A DNA stretch of 63,152 bases, the filler included, from Rhabdomonas costata (Eukaryota): the NCBI GenBank assembly GCA_019059605.1. It is 32 parts of 32 records of this genome, joined end to end, with 100 filler letters (N's around TTAATTAATTAA, not from the genome) between each part and the next. Parts side by side here need not be neighbours in the genome. Positions count along the whole stretch, not along the records: positions 1 to 1,878 come from JAHMHO010007871.1; positions 1,979 to 3,895 come from JAHMHO010007872.1; positions 3,996 to 5,871 come from JAHMHO010007873.1; positions 5,972 to 7,846 come from JAHMHO010007874.1; positions 7,947 to 9,821 come from JAHMHO010007875.1; positions 9,922 to 11,797 come from JAHMHO010007876.1; positions 11,898 to 13,773 come from JAHMHO010007877.1; 25 more parts are not named here. One strand, written 5' to 3'. Numbering within the stretch: the stretch's first letter is position 1; each line of letters begins with the position of its first letter. Both the position numbers and the translations under genes were made by a program. This document shows, in pieces, positions 1 through 12,663 of this stretch. Below the pieces are notes generated by a model. The model saw nothing but the letters and a program-made list of their open reading frames with translations. It searched no databases and was not told the DNA's origin.

Positions 1-639
1 TGTTGGGTGTGTTGGGTGGGGGGGGGTGCGGAGGATGCTGTGGAGGTGGGAGAGGTCGTTGTGCCGGAACCAGTGGATCGCAGTGCCCTTGGAGAGCCGC
101 AGCCCAGACTGGATGGCGTGGTTGGCGCCCTCATCCACAATCTGGGGGGAAGGGGTGCCTCAGAATAGAAAGCGGACAGGCGCATATGAACACATGAAAG
201 AAGAGCTCAAAACTTGTTTCTGGCGGGCCGCGTGCATGGAACAACCTGCACTCGAAGGAGGAAGGGGACGTGGAGATGCGGGTGGGCAAAACACCCGTGG
301 GCTGAAGTTCGGAAAAGTCATCTTTCGGTCAAAAATATCCAAAACTCTAAATGTGAGTCATGATCGAAACAAAAGATGCGGATCCGAACCAAGAGAGCAG
401 CAAGAGCCATTCTTCGTGGATTACCCCCGAGCAAACCCTTGGGCTCCCCCTCTGATTTCAGGCTGTTCATGATTTAGCAAGGACTATTCTCCAGTTCCCG
501 TCGTTGCAGGATACCTTTTGCCCCACACCCTAGTCACCCCTTACCCTCGCCCCGGCCAGGAGGAGATAACGAGGACACACCACACTGCAAAACTAAATTG
601 AACCCGAAAAATGACCCATTCCGGGTCATCGCTTCCCTT

Positions 640-900
640 CCCATCCTTCTCAGGTCCTGCTCACCGCTTGGTGTCGCTTGGTTTCCACGGCATCTGCACC
701 TGCTGACACCCATTTCTGCTCCTTTTCGCTCCTTTTCGCTGCAACTTTTCCGCTCCAACACTGTCACCGCTATCGCTGTTCTCCTTTCTCTCTCTTTAGC
801 ACCCATTCTTGCCCGTGGTGATCTCCACGGTTTCCCATCCCAACCGCGTCCCCACGGAGGTGTTCGGCGCATAGCCATGGGCGATACTCTTCGTCGGATG
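640..900 (+). mobile_element. Degenerate non-LTR retrotransposon reverse-transcriptase fragment (CRE/RLE-clade-like)
   Basis: ORF 598..1245 contains LAPILARGDLHGFPSQPRPHGGVRRIAMGDTLRR (841-897 = QPRPHGGVRRIAMGDTLRR), resembling the K..GGVRPIAVGETLRRL RT motif. No downstream YxDD motif seen. Confidence 0.55.
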
Positions 901-1491
901 GAGCAGTGGGGCAGTGGAACAGGGCTCCTCAATTCATACCAGTCATTCCCATTTCTCCTCTCTGACTCTGATCTCCTCCTCACTTGTGGGGCTCTCTCCG
1001 CTCTGCTTGCCATTCCTCTCTCCCGCGCACTTCAGTCGTCGGCCATCATTCATTGGGGGTGGTGCAAGGCGTCTGCCTCGCTATGGGTTTTGTTGGGCAC
1101 TGCCCTCACGACTGGGCGCCGTTTGGGCGATCTCTGTTTGTTGTTTGGTTCTCGGATCTGGTGGCGTCAATGGGGGAGACTTGCCCAAAGACGGATTGCG
1201 TCGCAGTCGCATCCCGTGCCTGTATCGGGCCCACTCTTCTCGTAACCCTTCCCACATCTGACCGACCTATGACCATCGCACCGTGCTGCCTCCCGCCCCA
1301 AACTGCGGCAAGCGGTCGAATGTCGCCCTCCGGAAATGCCGTTGGATTTAATACATGATGATTTCCAGGCCGCGACATCGGTGCCAGTTTTTCGGAAAGG
1401 GCCCTTGTTACCCGATTTGCCCAGCTCACGATACATTGCCCATCGTGCTTGAGGAGTATGCAAGACGTCGCAAGACGGAGAGTCATATTCT

Positions 1492-1496
<5 letters not shown>

Positions 1497-1526
<30 letters not shown>
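1497..1526. repeat. (AG)n microsatellite, at the 5' end of an LCB1 intron
   Basis: About 15 AG units directly visible. Confidence 0.95.
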
Positions 1527-1529
<3 letters not shown>

Positions 1530-1532
1530 CAC

Positions 1533-1660
1533 ACCAACACATCCCCAGAGGCGGCAAAGGCGGGGATGATGCTGGAGACCGTGGCGATGGCGTAGGAGTA
1601 CACAATGGCGCGGTCTGTCTTGAACAGGTTCTGCAAGGAGGTCTCGAGGTCCAGGTGGGG
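1533..1660 (-). CDS. LCB1: Serine palmitoyltransferase subunit LCB1/SPTLC1, internal exon
   Basis: PHLDLETSLQNLFKTDRAIVYSYAIATVSSIIPAFAASGDVLV matches the LCB1 HLxLE...AIxYSY..T..S.IPAF..xGD segment. Flanked by TGCAG acceptor and GTGAGT donor. Confidence 0.85.
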
Positions 1661-1878
1661 CTGCACATAAGTGTTCGTGTTAACGGCGCATACAATGGCA
1701 ACGAAGGGTCCCCTGGCCTCCTCCCAAGCCATACCCCGCGGGGCATACACTAGTCACAAAGGGCGACTGCGCCACTTCAACCGGACGCCAATCCGTAATA
1801 TGAAGAGCACAAGAGACACGGAAAAAGGAACGAAACATCACAGGTCAATTAATGACGAAACAACACCACACAACCACC

Positions 1879-1978
1879 NNNNNNNNNNNNNNNNNNNNNN
1901 NNNNNNNNNNNNNNNNNNNNNNTTAATTAATTAANNNNNNNNNNNNNNNNNNNNNNNNNNNNNNNNNNNNNNNNNNNN
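1879..1978. other. Artificial contig linker N44-TTAATTAATTAA-N44 (first of 31, recurring about every 1975 nt)
   Basis: The same 100-nt spacer, with stops in all six frames, recurs at 1879, 3896, 5872, 7847 ... 61179 and separates unrelated contigs of near-identical length. Confidence 0.99.
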
Positions 1979-2938
1979 TGTTGGGTGGTCCAAGAGGGGG
2001 GTGTCATAGGGAAATTCGCGTATGGGACCCCCCCCCTCAACAAGCACGCACACACATCTCCTTCCCCTTCCTCCTCATACCGTTCCCTGCTCGGCACAGC
2101 GTCACCACTGTTCAGTGAAAGTCCCACGTGGAAGCGGCAAGTAGCAAACAGCAAACAACACACAAGGAATAAGGAAGAGATAAGGGTGAGGCTGCAAAGA
2201 GTGACCATTGTGTATGGGTAGCGCAGTGCCCGTTTCACCTCAACACGGAAAGGTGCACAAACCAAAAAGAAGTGAAAGATAAAAGGTAGCCATTTCGGAC
2301 TTATGCCCTTTTTGTATCTGAAAAACACATGTTCTTCATAGAATTCCCCCCATTCTGCTGGTGGCTGTATGGCAAATGAAAATCATTCTAGATGATCGTT
2401 TTGATGTGTACGTTTCCTCAGAGTTTCGAAGGTTTGATGTTTGCATCAAAATGATGAAACACACATTCAGATGAAACACACCATAAGACTTGCGCGAGGA
2501 TTGTGCATCTGGTCGCCTAGGGAATAAGCCGCAGGTGGGCAACACTCTCATTGCAACGGTGCACGCCCCTGTTCACAGGATGCCATTTCTTTCTAGGGGT
2601 TTCGTTGACTCTGTTTTCTTTGGGCAGAGTCAGAGTCAGATTAAGCGTTGCGTCCATCCCAGAAAAGGAGGTCGGAGCCTTAGAGACCGGAGCGGCACCG
2701 GAGCAGCGCGGTAGCGGGTGGAAAATGTTATCGCGTGGCAAAGGCCCGGATCCTGTGGGGAAGAAGGGAGGGTGCCGCACGTTCGGTCATTAGCCGGTAC
2801 CCCATTGCGCTATTCACTCCAAAGGTAACTCACGCGAGCACCCGTGGCCAACAGCACGCCTGCGCTCGTCAGTCCCCTGTGGTCCCCAGCAATCACCGAG
2901 GCAACTGTCAGTTAGGCAACACACACACACCCTGGCAG

Positions 2939-3206
2939 GCTGTTTATCCGGGACCACCCGATCCAATATCTGCTGTGCGTGGTGGCCTTCACCGCGGCAC
3001 TGTATTTCGGGCTCAACTATATCTTTTCCTGGGACCTCATCACTGGGGAGCGCCTGCCTCCCCCGCTGCTGCGGGAAGAGTACTACGCCCGGCGCGATGC
3101 CCAGCTGGCCATGGCCCATGCGTGGTACAACCGCACCAAAGACCTGGCCAGGCTTCCTCCATCGCAACAGCCGCAGGGAGCCACCGCTGCTGCCCTACAG
3201 AAGTAG
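2939..3206 (+). CDS. Terminal exon of a hypothetical single-pass membrane protein
   Basis: CAG acceptor at 2936-2938, then LFIRDHPIQYLLCVVAFTAALYFGLNYIFSWDLITGERLPPPLLREEYYARRDAQLAMAHAWYNRTKDLA...QK*. GC3-rich codons and one hydrophobic helix. Confidence 0.55.
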
Positions 3207-3738
3207 TGCCACTGCGGAGAAGGGCCTACTCGCTCTCGTGTCTCGTTCTTTCCCTTTGGGCAGAGGCAGCTCGCAGCGCCACCGAAGCAGTGGATGGCAG
3301 TCATCCTCCATCTGTCACATCAGTCCACACTCGCACGCTCTGTTTAACCGTCGAGGGCTGTGTTCCGTTTCTTCATGCTGTCGCGGTGCTGCCGGGCGGG
3401 GGGTGGGGAGGCGGTGATTTCTCGCGGCTCGTGGTTTCCGATGGATGGAGTACGGTTATCATACAGTGACTCCATCATTTGATATGCGAAAACGGAAAGG
3501 TTTTCGGCAACTGGGGGTGGGGGTGATTCAAAATTAATGAGTGGGGTTTTTCTCTGCTGGCCAAAAATGAGCTCAATGGGCTCGTTGCGTGTCTTTTATT
3601 TAGCCCGTGGTGTTGTGTTTCGAGCCTATGAGATTACGATATTTCCCGCGTCACCCCAAAAGTTCACAGGTTTCAAAGAAGCATGCACTAAATGCGGCGT
3701 TTTCGGGCGGTGAAGACTGGGCTCCACAGAATCCCGGG

Positions 3739-3739
<1 letters not shown>

Positions 3740-3802
<63 letters not shown>

Positions 3803-3848
3803 GACTTTCTGCTCTCACCTCATACTTTTGAGGTGAGAGCAGAAAGTC

Positions 3849-3888
<40 letters not shown>

Positions 3889-3895
3889 CCAACAC
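3740..3895. repeat. (GTT)n / (AAC)n microsatellite forming a terminal fold-back
   Basis: (GTT)~21 plus a unique arm (3801-3822) is mirrored by 3829-3850 plus (AAC)n at the contig end. Confidence 0.9.
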
Positions 3896-4063
3896 NNNNN
3901 NNNNNNNNNNNNNNNNNNNNNNNNNNNNNNNNNNNNNNNTTAATTAATTAANNNNNNNNNNNNNNNNNNNNNNNNNNNNNNNNNNNNNNNNNNNNGGGGT
4001 GTCTGTAATGTGAACAGCAGAGTGTCACAACCTAACCGGGATTGTGGGGCATATGTTCTTCTT

Positions 4064-4178
4064 TGAGTGGGCGATATGAGGGGTTTATGTTATTTCAGTT
4101 GGCGATATGAGGGGTTTAGGTTTATATTTGAGTAGGCGATATGGGGGGTATACGTTTTTGAGTAGGCGATACGGGGTG
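4064..4178. repeat. Minisatellite, 4 degenerate copies of about 30-33 nt (core AGTDGGCGATAYGRGG)
   Basis: Cores start near 4064, 4096, 4129 and 4159. Confidence 0.8.
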
Positions 4179-5528
4179 TTTTCCATCGAATGGGGTATGC
4201 TTTGGTGGGGGTGACTACCCAGCCGAAGATGCCCAAGTGGGCATTGTGCAGCCCTCCCTCGCATTCCGGTTAGCATAATCGCAACGCAATTTTCTCTTTC
4301 CCTGCCCAAGCCATGTGTTCTGTCCTTCCATTTGGTTTGGAATTGAGCTGTTCTCGCATTCCCTGCTTTTTATATTTCGTCTTTTGAGCTGCCGCCGCCG
4401 TTTGGGTTCAGATCTTCCCGGCGTCGATGGCAACCCGCACCCGGCAGACTCCTCGTCGGCCATGGCCACGGGATTCTCTCCGTGAGAGTTTACCCCTCAC
4501 CCTCCCGCCTTTAGCATGTGATCTTCAGCTTTGTCCCGTCTGCCCGCCTGTTTCCATGTCCAGTCCTCAGTTGCAGTGGGATCTCTAAATGGTTTAGGTG
4601 CATATTACATGTTGCAGTGCCCTGTGCGTGTGTGTCTGTGTGCGCGCGTTTTTTCCCCCAAAGACAAGCCTTGTGGGTTGGCCCGCCCTCCTTCCTCCCC
4701 TCTCCCGGGGCTGGGAGAAGCGCTTCTGAAGTTCGTTATTTTGCTGCATGTACGCCTCCTGCCCGGCCACCGGAAACGCGGCGGTTTGGTGGGGAGGCAG
4801 GTGAAGACTCCCGCACCGTACGTCATGTCAGTGTGCTCTCGACTCTTCTCTTCTGTTCTCTACTTTTTCTTCTCTATCCCCTCCCTCCTCAAAATCATTC
4901 CTTGCTTGTACTTTTGGCGTCTGTCCCTGGCCCAGTCGTTGATCTTTCTCTCTCTGTCTTTATGATTGTTCCCGTGCCCTGCAAGGACCTCGTACAGTTA
5001 TTGTATGTACATGGGGAAGAACGTTTTACATGTCTTCGGCAGCCGAAGCAAGGGTGGAAGTAGGCTGGGGCATCTTTTGTGTACCTGAGAACGATTATAA
5101 GATGAGCCTAAATTCTCGCGGTTGCTTTGGAATAGATGGTTAATGGAAAAAAGCGGCGAGAATGGAGGGGGTGATAGGTAGACACGTGGTGCTGTGCCCC
5201 TGCGGCTTTGAATTGTGGAGGACTTTCCTTGCAGTCTTCTTCACAGTGCGGTGCACGGTCAGTTCGTCCCATTGCAGTGGACCTTCCTGTGCTGGATGGC
5301 GTCCTTTGAATCCGGAAAGCATGTCCAAATTGCATGTTTTTGTGAAAATTGATTCTGGCACAACTGTCAAGAGTGTCTGTTAGTAGTGTGCTCGAGTGTG
5401 GTATTTCGTCCCGAGGAATGAATGATTATAACCACTCTTCAATGCTGGTGCTCATTGTCCCCCCCCCCCTCATCTCTCCATCAGCCTTTTACTTTCGACC
5501 CGAAGCTTGTGAAGCTTGTGCATCCAAA

Positions 5529-5864
5529 ATGGGACTCCAGATTTCCAAGCTCTTCAAGAACCTTTTTGGCAAGAAGGACGTGCGAATCCTCATGGTCGGA
5601 CTAGGTACTTCCTCCTCCTCCAACGCCGCGTGTCAATGTTCAGAATGTCAGCAAGAGGCAAAGCTCGGTTCGGTTCCTGGGATGTCAATTCGTTGTGAAC
5701 TTCCAGTGAAGAATGAAGAGTCGAATAAATGACCAGCGTTTCTACAAATCGAGCATTCTGAGCAGTAAGAAAGGGTAGTCTCATTTGATCCTTATTAATT
5801 TGCAGACGCCGCGGGGAAGACCACGATCCTGTACAAGATGAAGCTGGGAGAGATCGTCACCACC
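5529..5864 (+). CDS. ARF1: ADP-ribosylation factor, 5' part (exons 5529-5604 and 5806-5864; truncated by contig end)
   Basis: Spliced product MGLQISKLFKNLFGKKDVRILMVGL-D-AAGKTTILYKMKLGEIVTT has the myristoylation Gly2 and P-loop GLDAAGKT. Intron is 201 nt, GT-AG, phase 1 (5605-5805). Confidence 0.95.
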
Positions 5865-6037
5865 AACCACANNNNNNNNNNNNNNNNNNNNNNNNNNNNN
5901 NNNNNNNNNNNNNNNTTAATTAATTAANNNNNNNNNNNNNNNNNNNNNNNNNNNNNNNNNNNNNNNNNNNNGGGGTGGTGTTGGCAGAATAGCAAGAATC
6001 AAACGGAGAGTAGGGGGAAACAGATCACTAGTCAAAC

Positions 6038-6661
6038 CTCCTTCTCTCTGTCCTGGAAGGAGCTGGGTAGCATGTTGGGGAACATCCACAGGAAGAAAGG
6101 CAGGGTAAGCTCCAGGAAGGGCACGATGATGAAGATGCTGAATGGGACGATCCGGAACATGTCCGCCACCGCCACGTTCAGCTGACCCACAAAAACCAAT
6201 AAGCATAAACAATGTACCCCATCGTCTTAAAACTACAAAAAGTCAAGTTCAAAAAAGGAGCTGGGCAGATGGTAAAAATCAGCTGTAGGTGTTGAGGAAG
6301 ACTTGTACTGCACTCATAATTTTACTTTTGAAGTGCTATTGCTTCCTTGCGTCTTGCAGGAATGAAACGACGAGGTGGCTAGTATCGCCACAGCGGCGGC
6401 CTCTAGGTGGTTGTGCGCCCACATGAAAACGCAAGTGCCCCAAATTCTAAACCAGGCATACAGAGAGCAAGTGGAAAAGTGGAAGTAGGACATAAGGGCA
6501 GGAGAGAACACAAACGCACCGTGCGACGCTCCTTGCGGTCGAGCTCCTCGCCGTGGAGCACGCGAATCATATAGCCCCGGGCGACCCGCATGTCCGCCCA
6601 AAACTGCTTCATGCCCTCAATGGTGTACTTGACCCCGTGGACGATGGCGGTCCAGATGTTC
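6038..6661 (-). CDS. LETM1: LETM1/Mdm38 mitochondrial inner-membrane protein (exons 6661-6520 and 6181-6038)
   Basis: Spliced product NIWTAIVHGVKYTIEGMKQFWADMRVARGYMIRVLHGEELDRKERRT/LNVAVADMFRIVPFSIFIIVPFLELTLPFFLWMFPNMLPSSFQDREKE has the hallmark proline-rich TM segment (RxVPF..VPF.E..LP...FPNMLPS.F). GT-AG sites are in phase. Confidence 0.93.
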
Positions 6662-9600
6662 CTGTGAAGGAACGGGAGAAGATATGAAAGAGAGAATATG
6701 AATGAAGGGCCATTTCTGATTAAGGTACACAGACGCATGAGGGTGGGAACTGCACCCGTAGAGCGCGCGACGGTGAGGTGTACGAGAAAATAGGAGGGCG
6801 GTGTGTATCGCTGTGGTGTATCATACGAGCATGACATGACCTTGTCACTGCTCACAGACGCAGGGAAGGAGGGGAGGAGCCTATCAACAGAAGAGTTTTG
6901 CCAGCTTTGATGTGTGTGTGCAGGACCTGAAGCCACAAAACCGACATGATATACCGCACCAAAACAAACCGTAGAAATCCAACCCACTACTGAGATTCTT
7001 CATCCGTCTTTTGTAACCCTTAACAAGAAGTGCAGTGGACGGAATGGCAGGAGGGTGGTGGTGGTGGTGAGATGTCTACTTTGGGTTTAGGCTACTCATG
7101 GAGAAGTCCCGGCGGTACGGCACCCCGGGGAGCACCACTGCGGGCAGGCGGGCGGCGGACATCGCCGAGGAAACGGGGTGGCGCTGCCGGGTGCCGAACC
7201 TTCTTTTCCTAAGCCGCACACGCAAAAAAAAAACCTTTGCAGTTGGCTGGAATTTGAGAGCCAGGAGTTCTGTTTGCTCGGAACTCTTTCGCGAGCGACA
7301 CAACCAAAACGAGCGAAGCCGAAGAAACCCAGTGGGTAAAAAGGGAGAAAAAACATAGACGGTTAGGAATTCTTCCTTTGCTCAGTGACCCCAAAAAGTC
7401 CTACAGGAAGGTGACCGCACGCGGGGGATGTCGGGCCACCGCGCGGCATACTGCTGGGTGAGAGCCAAGGTGCCGTCCGTGCACTTTGGCGGCGCGCAGC
7501 AGAGCGAGGAGGACGAGGAGGACGAGGTACCAGTGCCGCCCTACCAACAAAGAAGGATCAGGAGGGGATAATCACTGCTCACATCCATTGTTTTCTGACG
7601 ACCACCGAAAGGAAGGCCCTAAAAAGACCGGTGCTGGACCAACCTGGTGACAGAGCAATTCTCGGCTCTCGGCCGTCAACAGCAGTTGCGCGGTGAATCC
7701 TCCACAGACAAAATAAGAATGGTGTCTCGGGTGTGGCAAAGAAGGCACCCATGCGAGACTGCATGTGCACTGTTGAATTTGTGTTTTCTTTGGTTCTTTG
7801 TTGTGAACTTTCACCCACTCACGAGGGTGAAAGTTCACAACCAACANNNNNNNNNNNNNNNNNNNNNNNNNNNNNNNNNNNNNNNNNNNNTTAATTAATT
7901 AANNNNNNNNNNNNNNNNNNNNNNNNNNNNNNNNNNNNNNNNNNNNTTTGGGTGGGGGTGGGTACATAGGTGTGGTGTGGGAGCGGAGCCAGACGGCAGA
8001 AAGACCTACTGGCTTTGCGTTGCGGATGGGGCTTGCCATGGATTCGTCAGGTAACGGCCGACAGGTAAAGCTAAGGCTGGAGTTGTGGGTGCCATTTGGT
8101 GCATTTTTCTTTCATGTCGGCTTCTGCACGTTTCTCACTGCGTTTGGCTGGTTGTATGGTGGGTAACGGTGACGTTTTGTGGAGTTAAGCTCTATCCGAA
8201 GTATTGATATAGATGATGCCATTTTCATTTTTGGTTTTCGTCGGTTCAACAGTTTTGCCTACTAATTGCGCTGCAAAAAAAAAACAGTTGGTTCATTGAG
8301 CATCCAATGATGGGACAGCAAGCAACCAAGCAAGCGATTTCGTGGTGTGCCACGAATGCCTTTGGCTGAGTAATGAGACCTCGGCACTGAGCCTGACCCG
8401 GACCGTCCTTTGGAACGCGAGCTGTTCATTCAGCGAGAAGAAGACACAGCTTGGCTGCCTTTTTAGAAAAGCTGGTCCTTGCTCAGGCGGCGCTCACCGA
8501 AGTTGATCGGACTTGGAGTTGGAGTTTTCTTCTGCTCTCTCCTCCGGGGATTCCCTTCTTGAATAACTGCGAGAAAGTCTGATGGAACAAGAGAAATTAG
8601 GCACAACACAGTCCTTGGCCTTCGAGTGCGGTGAGCGAGTGTTGTGTCGTGAGCATAAGTTAGTGCTCGTCATTGGGCTTCTTTTATGAATGGTTTCGAT
8701 CGCTGGAGAATGGCTTTGTTATTGTTTGCATCATAATGGTGAAGGTTTTCACAATCACAATTACAAGCGCGAACAAGAATCGAATACGCATTAGTTTAGA
8801 GGGATACACATTCCCCATTTTAAGCAATCTTGTCTTTTCGCCGCGGTTCGGGATTCTTCGGCATCGGTAGTTTTCGTTTTGCTCTGCTTCGTTCAATCTC
8901 GGTGTAACATTGAATGGCTGCGTTGGTGCTCGTCTTCTGCGCGGTGGGTTTCTTCCTGGTGGGGACTGACGCCTACACAATGGAAGGTGCTTGTGCTGAC
9001 TTAATTCGCAACCTAGAGCATCGTAATGGTGTTGCTGAGTAGAAAAATAGTATTGCGTTGTATCTTCATAACCTTGACAATGCTTTTTCTCCTCCCCCTT
9101 CGTCGTTTCAACCGTTGTGAACCCATTGTTGCGGTTGTCGGCAATCACTCTTGCTTAGACTCTCAATTGTGTATACGGAAAGAACGAATGAACGAACCGG
9201 AAAACCACGACACGCTCTCTACCGCCGCAGTTGGGTGCATGTGAATAGAGAAGTTCGACAATTAAGAAAAAATGCTTTGCTGAACCGAAGAGATCCCGTC
9301 CAAGCATGAAGTGCTGGATTGCATTGACAATGCCGCCATTGTTCTTCAGATTTTTTCTGTAAGTCTTTCCTTATGGCTCATCCTTCTCAGCGCTGGACTA
9401 CCGGGTGACACCGATCACTAACCAGTGGAGGAATGTGTCGTACTCTGGGGTATGTTTGTGTGTTGGATCCACGGCGTTTACATGGCATCCCCTTCACCGC
9501 TTTTACATTCAATCAAGAAGCTGCTATATTGCTCAGGACTCGGTTATGTTGCTTTTTATTAGTCAAATAAATTTGGGACCTGTGTCGTAATTCGTCATAA

Positions 9601-11897
9601 TTCTCTGCCATAGTTGCAGTGCAATTTGCAGTGAAGACCTGCAAATATTTGTCCCTCCTCGTGTGCAAGTAACATGCAGGTCACAACAGGCATTGCGTTC
9701 ATCGGGGCAACGTATTGTTCTTGGTCCGTCACCACATTCTGGCGCCCTTCCGCGCTTTCATTCCTATGCCAAAGGAATCCAGCCTTGGTAGAGGGGTCGA
9801 CGGCAACGAACACTACACACCNNNNNNNNNNNNNNNNNNNNNNNNNNNNNNNNNNNNNNNNNNNNTTAATTAATTAANNNNNNNNNNNNNNNNNNNNNNN
9901 NNNNNNNNNNNNNNNNNNNNNTGTTTTGTGGGCATCGACGACATCAACATCTTTTACCCCATTTCGTTGTCTCCATTGCTCCCCATTTTCTCCTTTTTCG
10001 GTTGCCAGCGGAAACTTTTCGCTTGCGTGTTTGCCTTTTTCAGAGGCGCCTTTGGTCAGACTCACTCAGACGCACCTCTCACCACGGGCAGGAGGACTCA
10101 CGCCTGCTTGCCACTCACTTTGTGCATCTTTTCTGCAAGAGCACATCGGCGGTCTGCTCGTTTTTCAGGGAGTCCCCAGGGGATGACACGTTTTTCGACC
10201 TTTCTCCTTGGCTGCGGCCTGTTGTGGTGGGTACGTTTCTTTCGTTGGTTTCCTTCTCGACGAATGGCAGTTTGATGCTTCCATGTACACCGAGAGGCGA
10301 GAGGGGTTCAAGATAAGCTTTTTTGTTTGCTTTTTGCATGGTGGTTCCGTGTGGCTTCCGTTTACTCTTCTGCAATTGGCGACTGTCAGTGCGGCTTGGG
10401 GCGATTCTTTTTGTCGGCGATGGGGGGGGGGGGAGCAGCAGTGGGCTTATTCAAGTTTTGGGATTGGGATTTTGCTTTTCTGACGTTTTCTGGGCGCACC
10501 TCAAAGCCGAGTAGCCTCAGAAAGGTTTGCCATCATTTTTACCGAGTCCCCACCAATACTGAGATGAACCGACCCCGGGGTTTTCATTCTATCCCGAACC
10601 GTATCCCTATCTAAATGCCCTGGACCAACTTTTATGGGTTATGCCCATTGAAGTCACACCTTAGTTGGCTGGGCTGGAACGTTTTTTTTTTTACCCAAAC
10701 CGTAACAAATGTAACAAACAAAAATGTAACCTATGGCCTGCAAAGGCGAGATGGGCTGAACAGGGCCTTTTCAGGATTGGGCATAGCATTACATGGCATC
10801 AGGCTAAAGACTATCCCTAAGTGTGTTTTGGCGTCTTGTAGTTTTCCTGCTTTCAGGGTGGAAAGCCTTACTGGTCAGCGGCTGCATTGTGAGGCCATGA
10901 GTGTTTTTTGATGGATAGTGCATTTGCTGCGAAAGAAATGATGGACTTCGAAGTGTTTCATTTTGTTTGTAAAATTGGTGAAAATGTTCGTAAAATTCGC
11001 CCCGAAGCTGCGCATCGCGAACTTAAGCAAGCCTTACTGTTCATAATCGCAAATAATGTCGTGAACCGTGCCCTGTGGACGACAACAGAGAATACACAAC
11101 AATGTTTTCCTGGGCACATATCGCCCCGAAGACGCATGCGCCTGCTCGGCACTGAATTCTCAGCATGGCAGCACCTTTGTTGTCAGGCAGGGAGGAGTGG
11201 CGGACGCAAACACGGAGACCGTACATACACTCGCACTCTTTCCCACCCAGTGTTTTCTGAGCTTCATCATCGCAAAACCCAGAATGGCCACCGCTGAAGT
11301 TTCCCTTATTCGATTGTGGAGGTGTCCGTGACCCGTGACCGCGCCTTCCTCCTTCACCTCCCTTCACTACACTGTGCTCCCCAAGAAATGGACCCCCCAG
11401 TGATAGAGGTGGACAGCAGGCCTTGACGCAAATCGTCATCTGTTATGTCGGATGCGAAGGCTTATGTCCTGTTCCACAAATTTCCTGTACGTCAGTGCAC
11501 AAAGTGTGTTGTTGTTTGCGTCGCGATGTCCATTTAGAATTTACTGGGACCTGCTTGGACTAATCGAGGCTCGCCTGCTTTCCCGCCGAACGGCAGCTTT
11601 CCCAGTGATTAAAGGTGTTTGTGGAAGCTGTCCAAAGCCCGACAAAAAAACGAACCGCCGTGGCAGTGTTCCGAGACAGAGAAATTACAAACGTTTGTTC
11701 CTCACTTCGTTTGTTTTAACGTATGCCGAAAACCCCTCCTGCTCAAAGAGAGAGAAGTCAAAGCAGGTCCCAGTAAATTCTAAATGGACAACACACCNNN
11801 NNNNNNNNNNNNNNNNNNNNNNNNNNNNNNNNNNNNNNNNNTTAATTAATTAANNNNNNNNNNNNNNNNNNNNNNNNNNNNNNNNNNNNNNNNNNNN

Positions 11898-12552
11898 GGT
11901 GGGGTGTTGCAGTAGCGGGTGCTGGGGGCGTCCGCGGTGGGGTTGACCTGGGTGCTGACCCCGGTCTCCCCGTTGATCCGGTACACCTGGTTGAACCGGC
12001 CCCGGCCGTTGCACCCCCCGAAGATCACCATGCAGCCCTGATGCATCACCGCGCTGTGGAAGGCCCGGCCTTGGGGCTTGTCCATCAGCAGCGGGACCTG
12101 CAAGAATGCGAGGAGAGGAAGGGAGGGGGGGCGTGGACGTGATGTCCGAGAGAAAAAAACACTTCGACCTCATTGGTAGAGGGGTTCTGTAGAGTCGTTT
12201 AGGATGCTCGATTAACAAAAAGCAAAAGCGGTAGGCTCTTCTGCCATGACTAGGACTCAAGGGAGCACATTTGGACACAGGGAAAGGGCACAGGGCAAAC
12301 CTCCCTCCACTCCTTCTTCTCGAAGTTGTAGCGGTAGAAGTCATCGAGGTACTTGCTCTCCCGCTCCATGTTCTCGTTGACTCCTCCCCAGAGGTACATC
12401 GTGGAGGCCCCGTGGACGGTCACGGTGTGGCCGATCCGGCCCTGGGGTATGTCCCCCGTGCAGTGGATCTCCTTCCACCGCGACCGGCGGTCGCGGTGCA
12501 GGGCCGCGGAGGTGTCTCCCACCCCGCCCGCACTGCTGTGCATCTGTTGCAT
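11898..12552 (-). CDS. Kelch-repeat protein, N-terminal exons (12552-12301 and 12097 to contig edge)
   Basis: Kelch blades GDIPQGRIGHT...MYLWGG...DDFYRYNFEKKEW and PQGRAFHSAVMH..MVIFGG...NQVYR. Phase-0 GT-AG intron. Confidence 0.9.
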
Positions 12553-12663
12553 TTCTTCGAAAAGAGGAAGGGGGAAAGGACGTCTACCTGATTGGGGACA
12601 CCGTGAAGGAGCCTAAAGCTCCTCTACGCGGGCGCTCGGGATATTGGGGGAGGACACACACAC

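Noticed and set aside
3607..3943. Poly-Cys, poly-Val and poly-Gln ORFs
   Set aside because: They are translations of a (GTT)n microsatellite and its fold-back.
4064..4178. CRISPR array
   Set aside because: The units are degenerate, the intervening segments are short and similar to each other, there are no cas genes, and the context is eukaryotic. It is a minisatellite.
9595..9813. WD40-like exon
   Set aside because: No convincing repeat motif or partner exon was found, so the contig is left unannotated.
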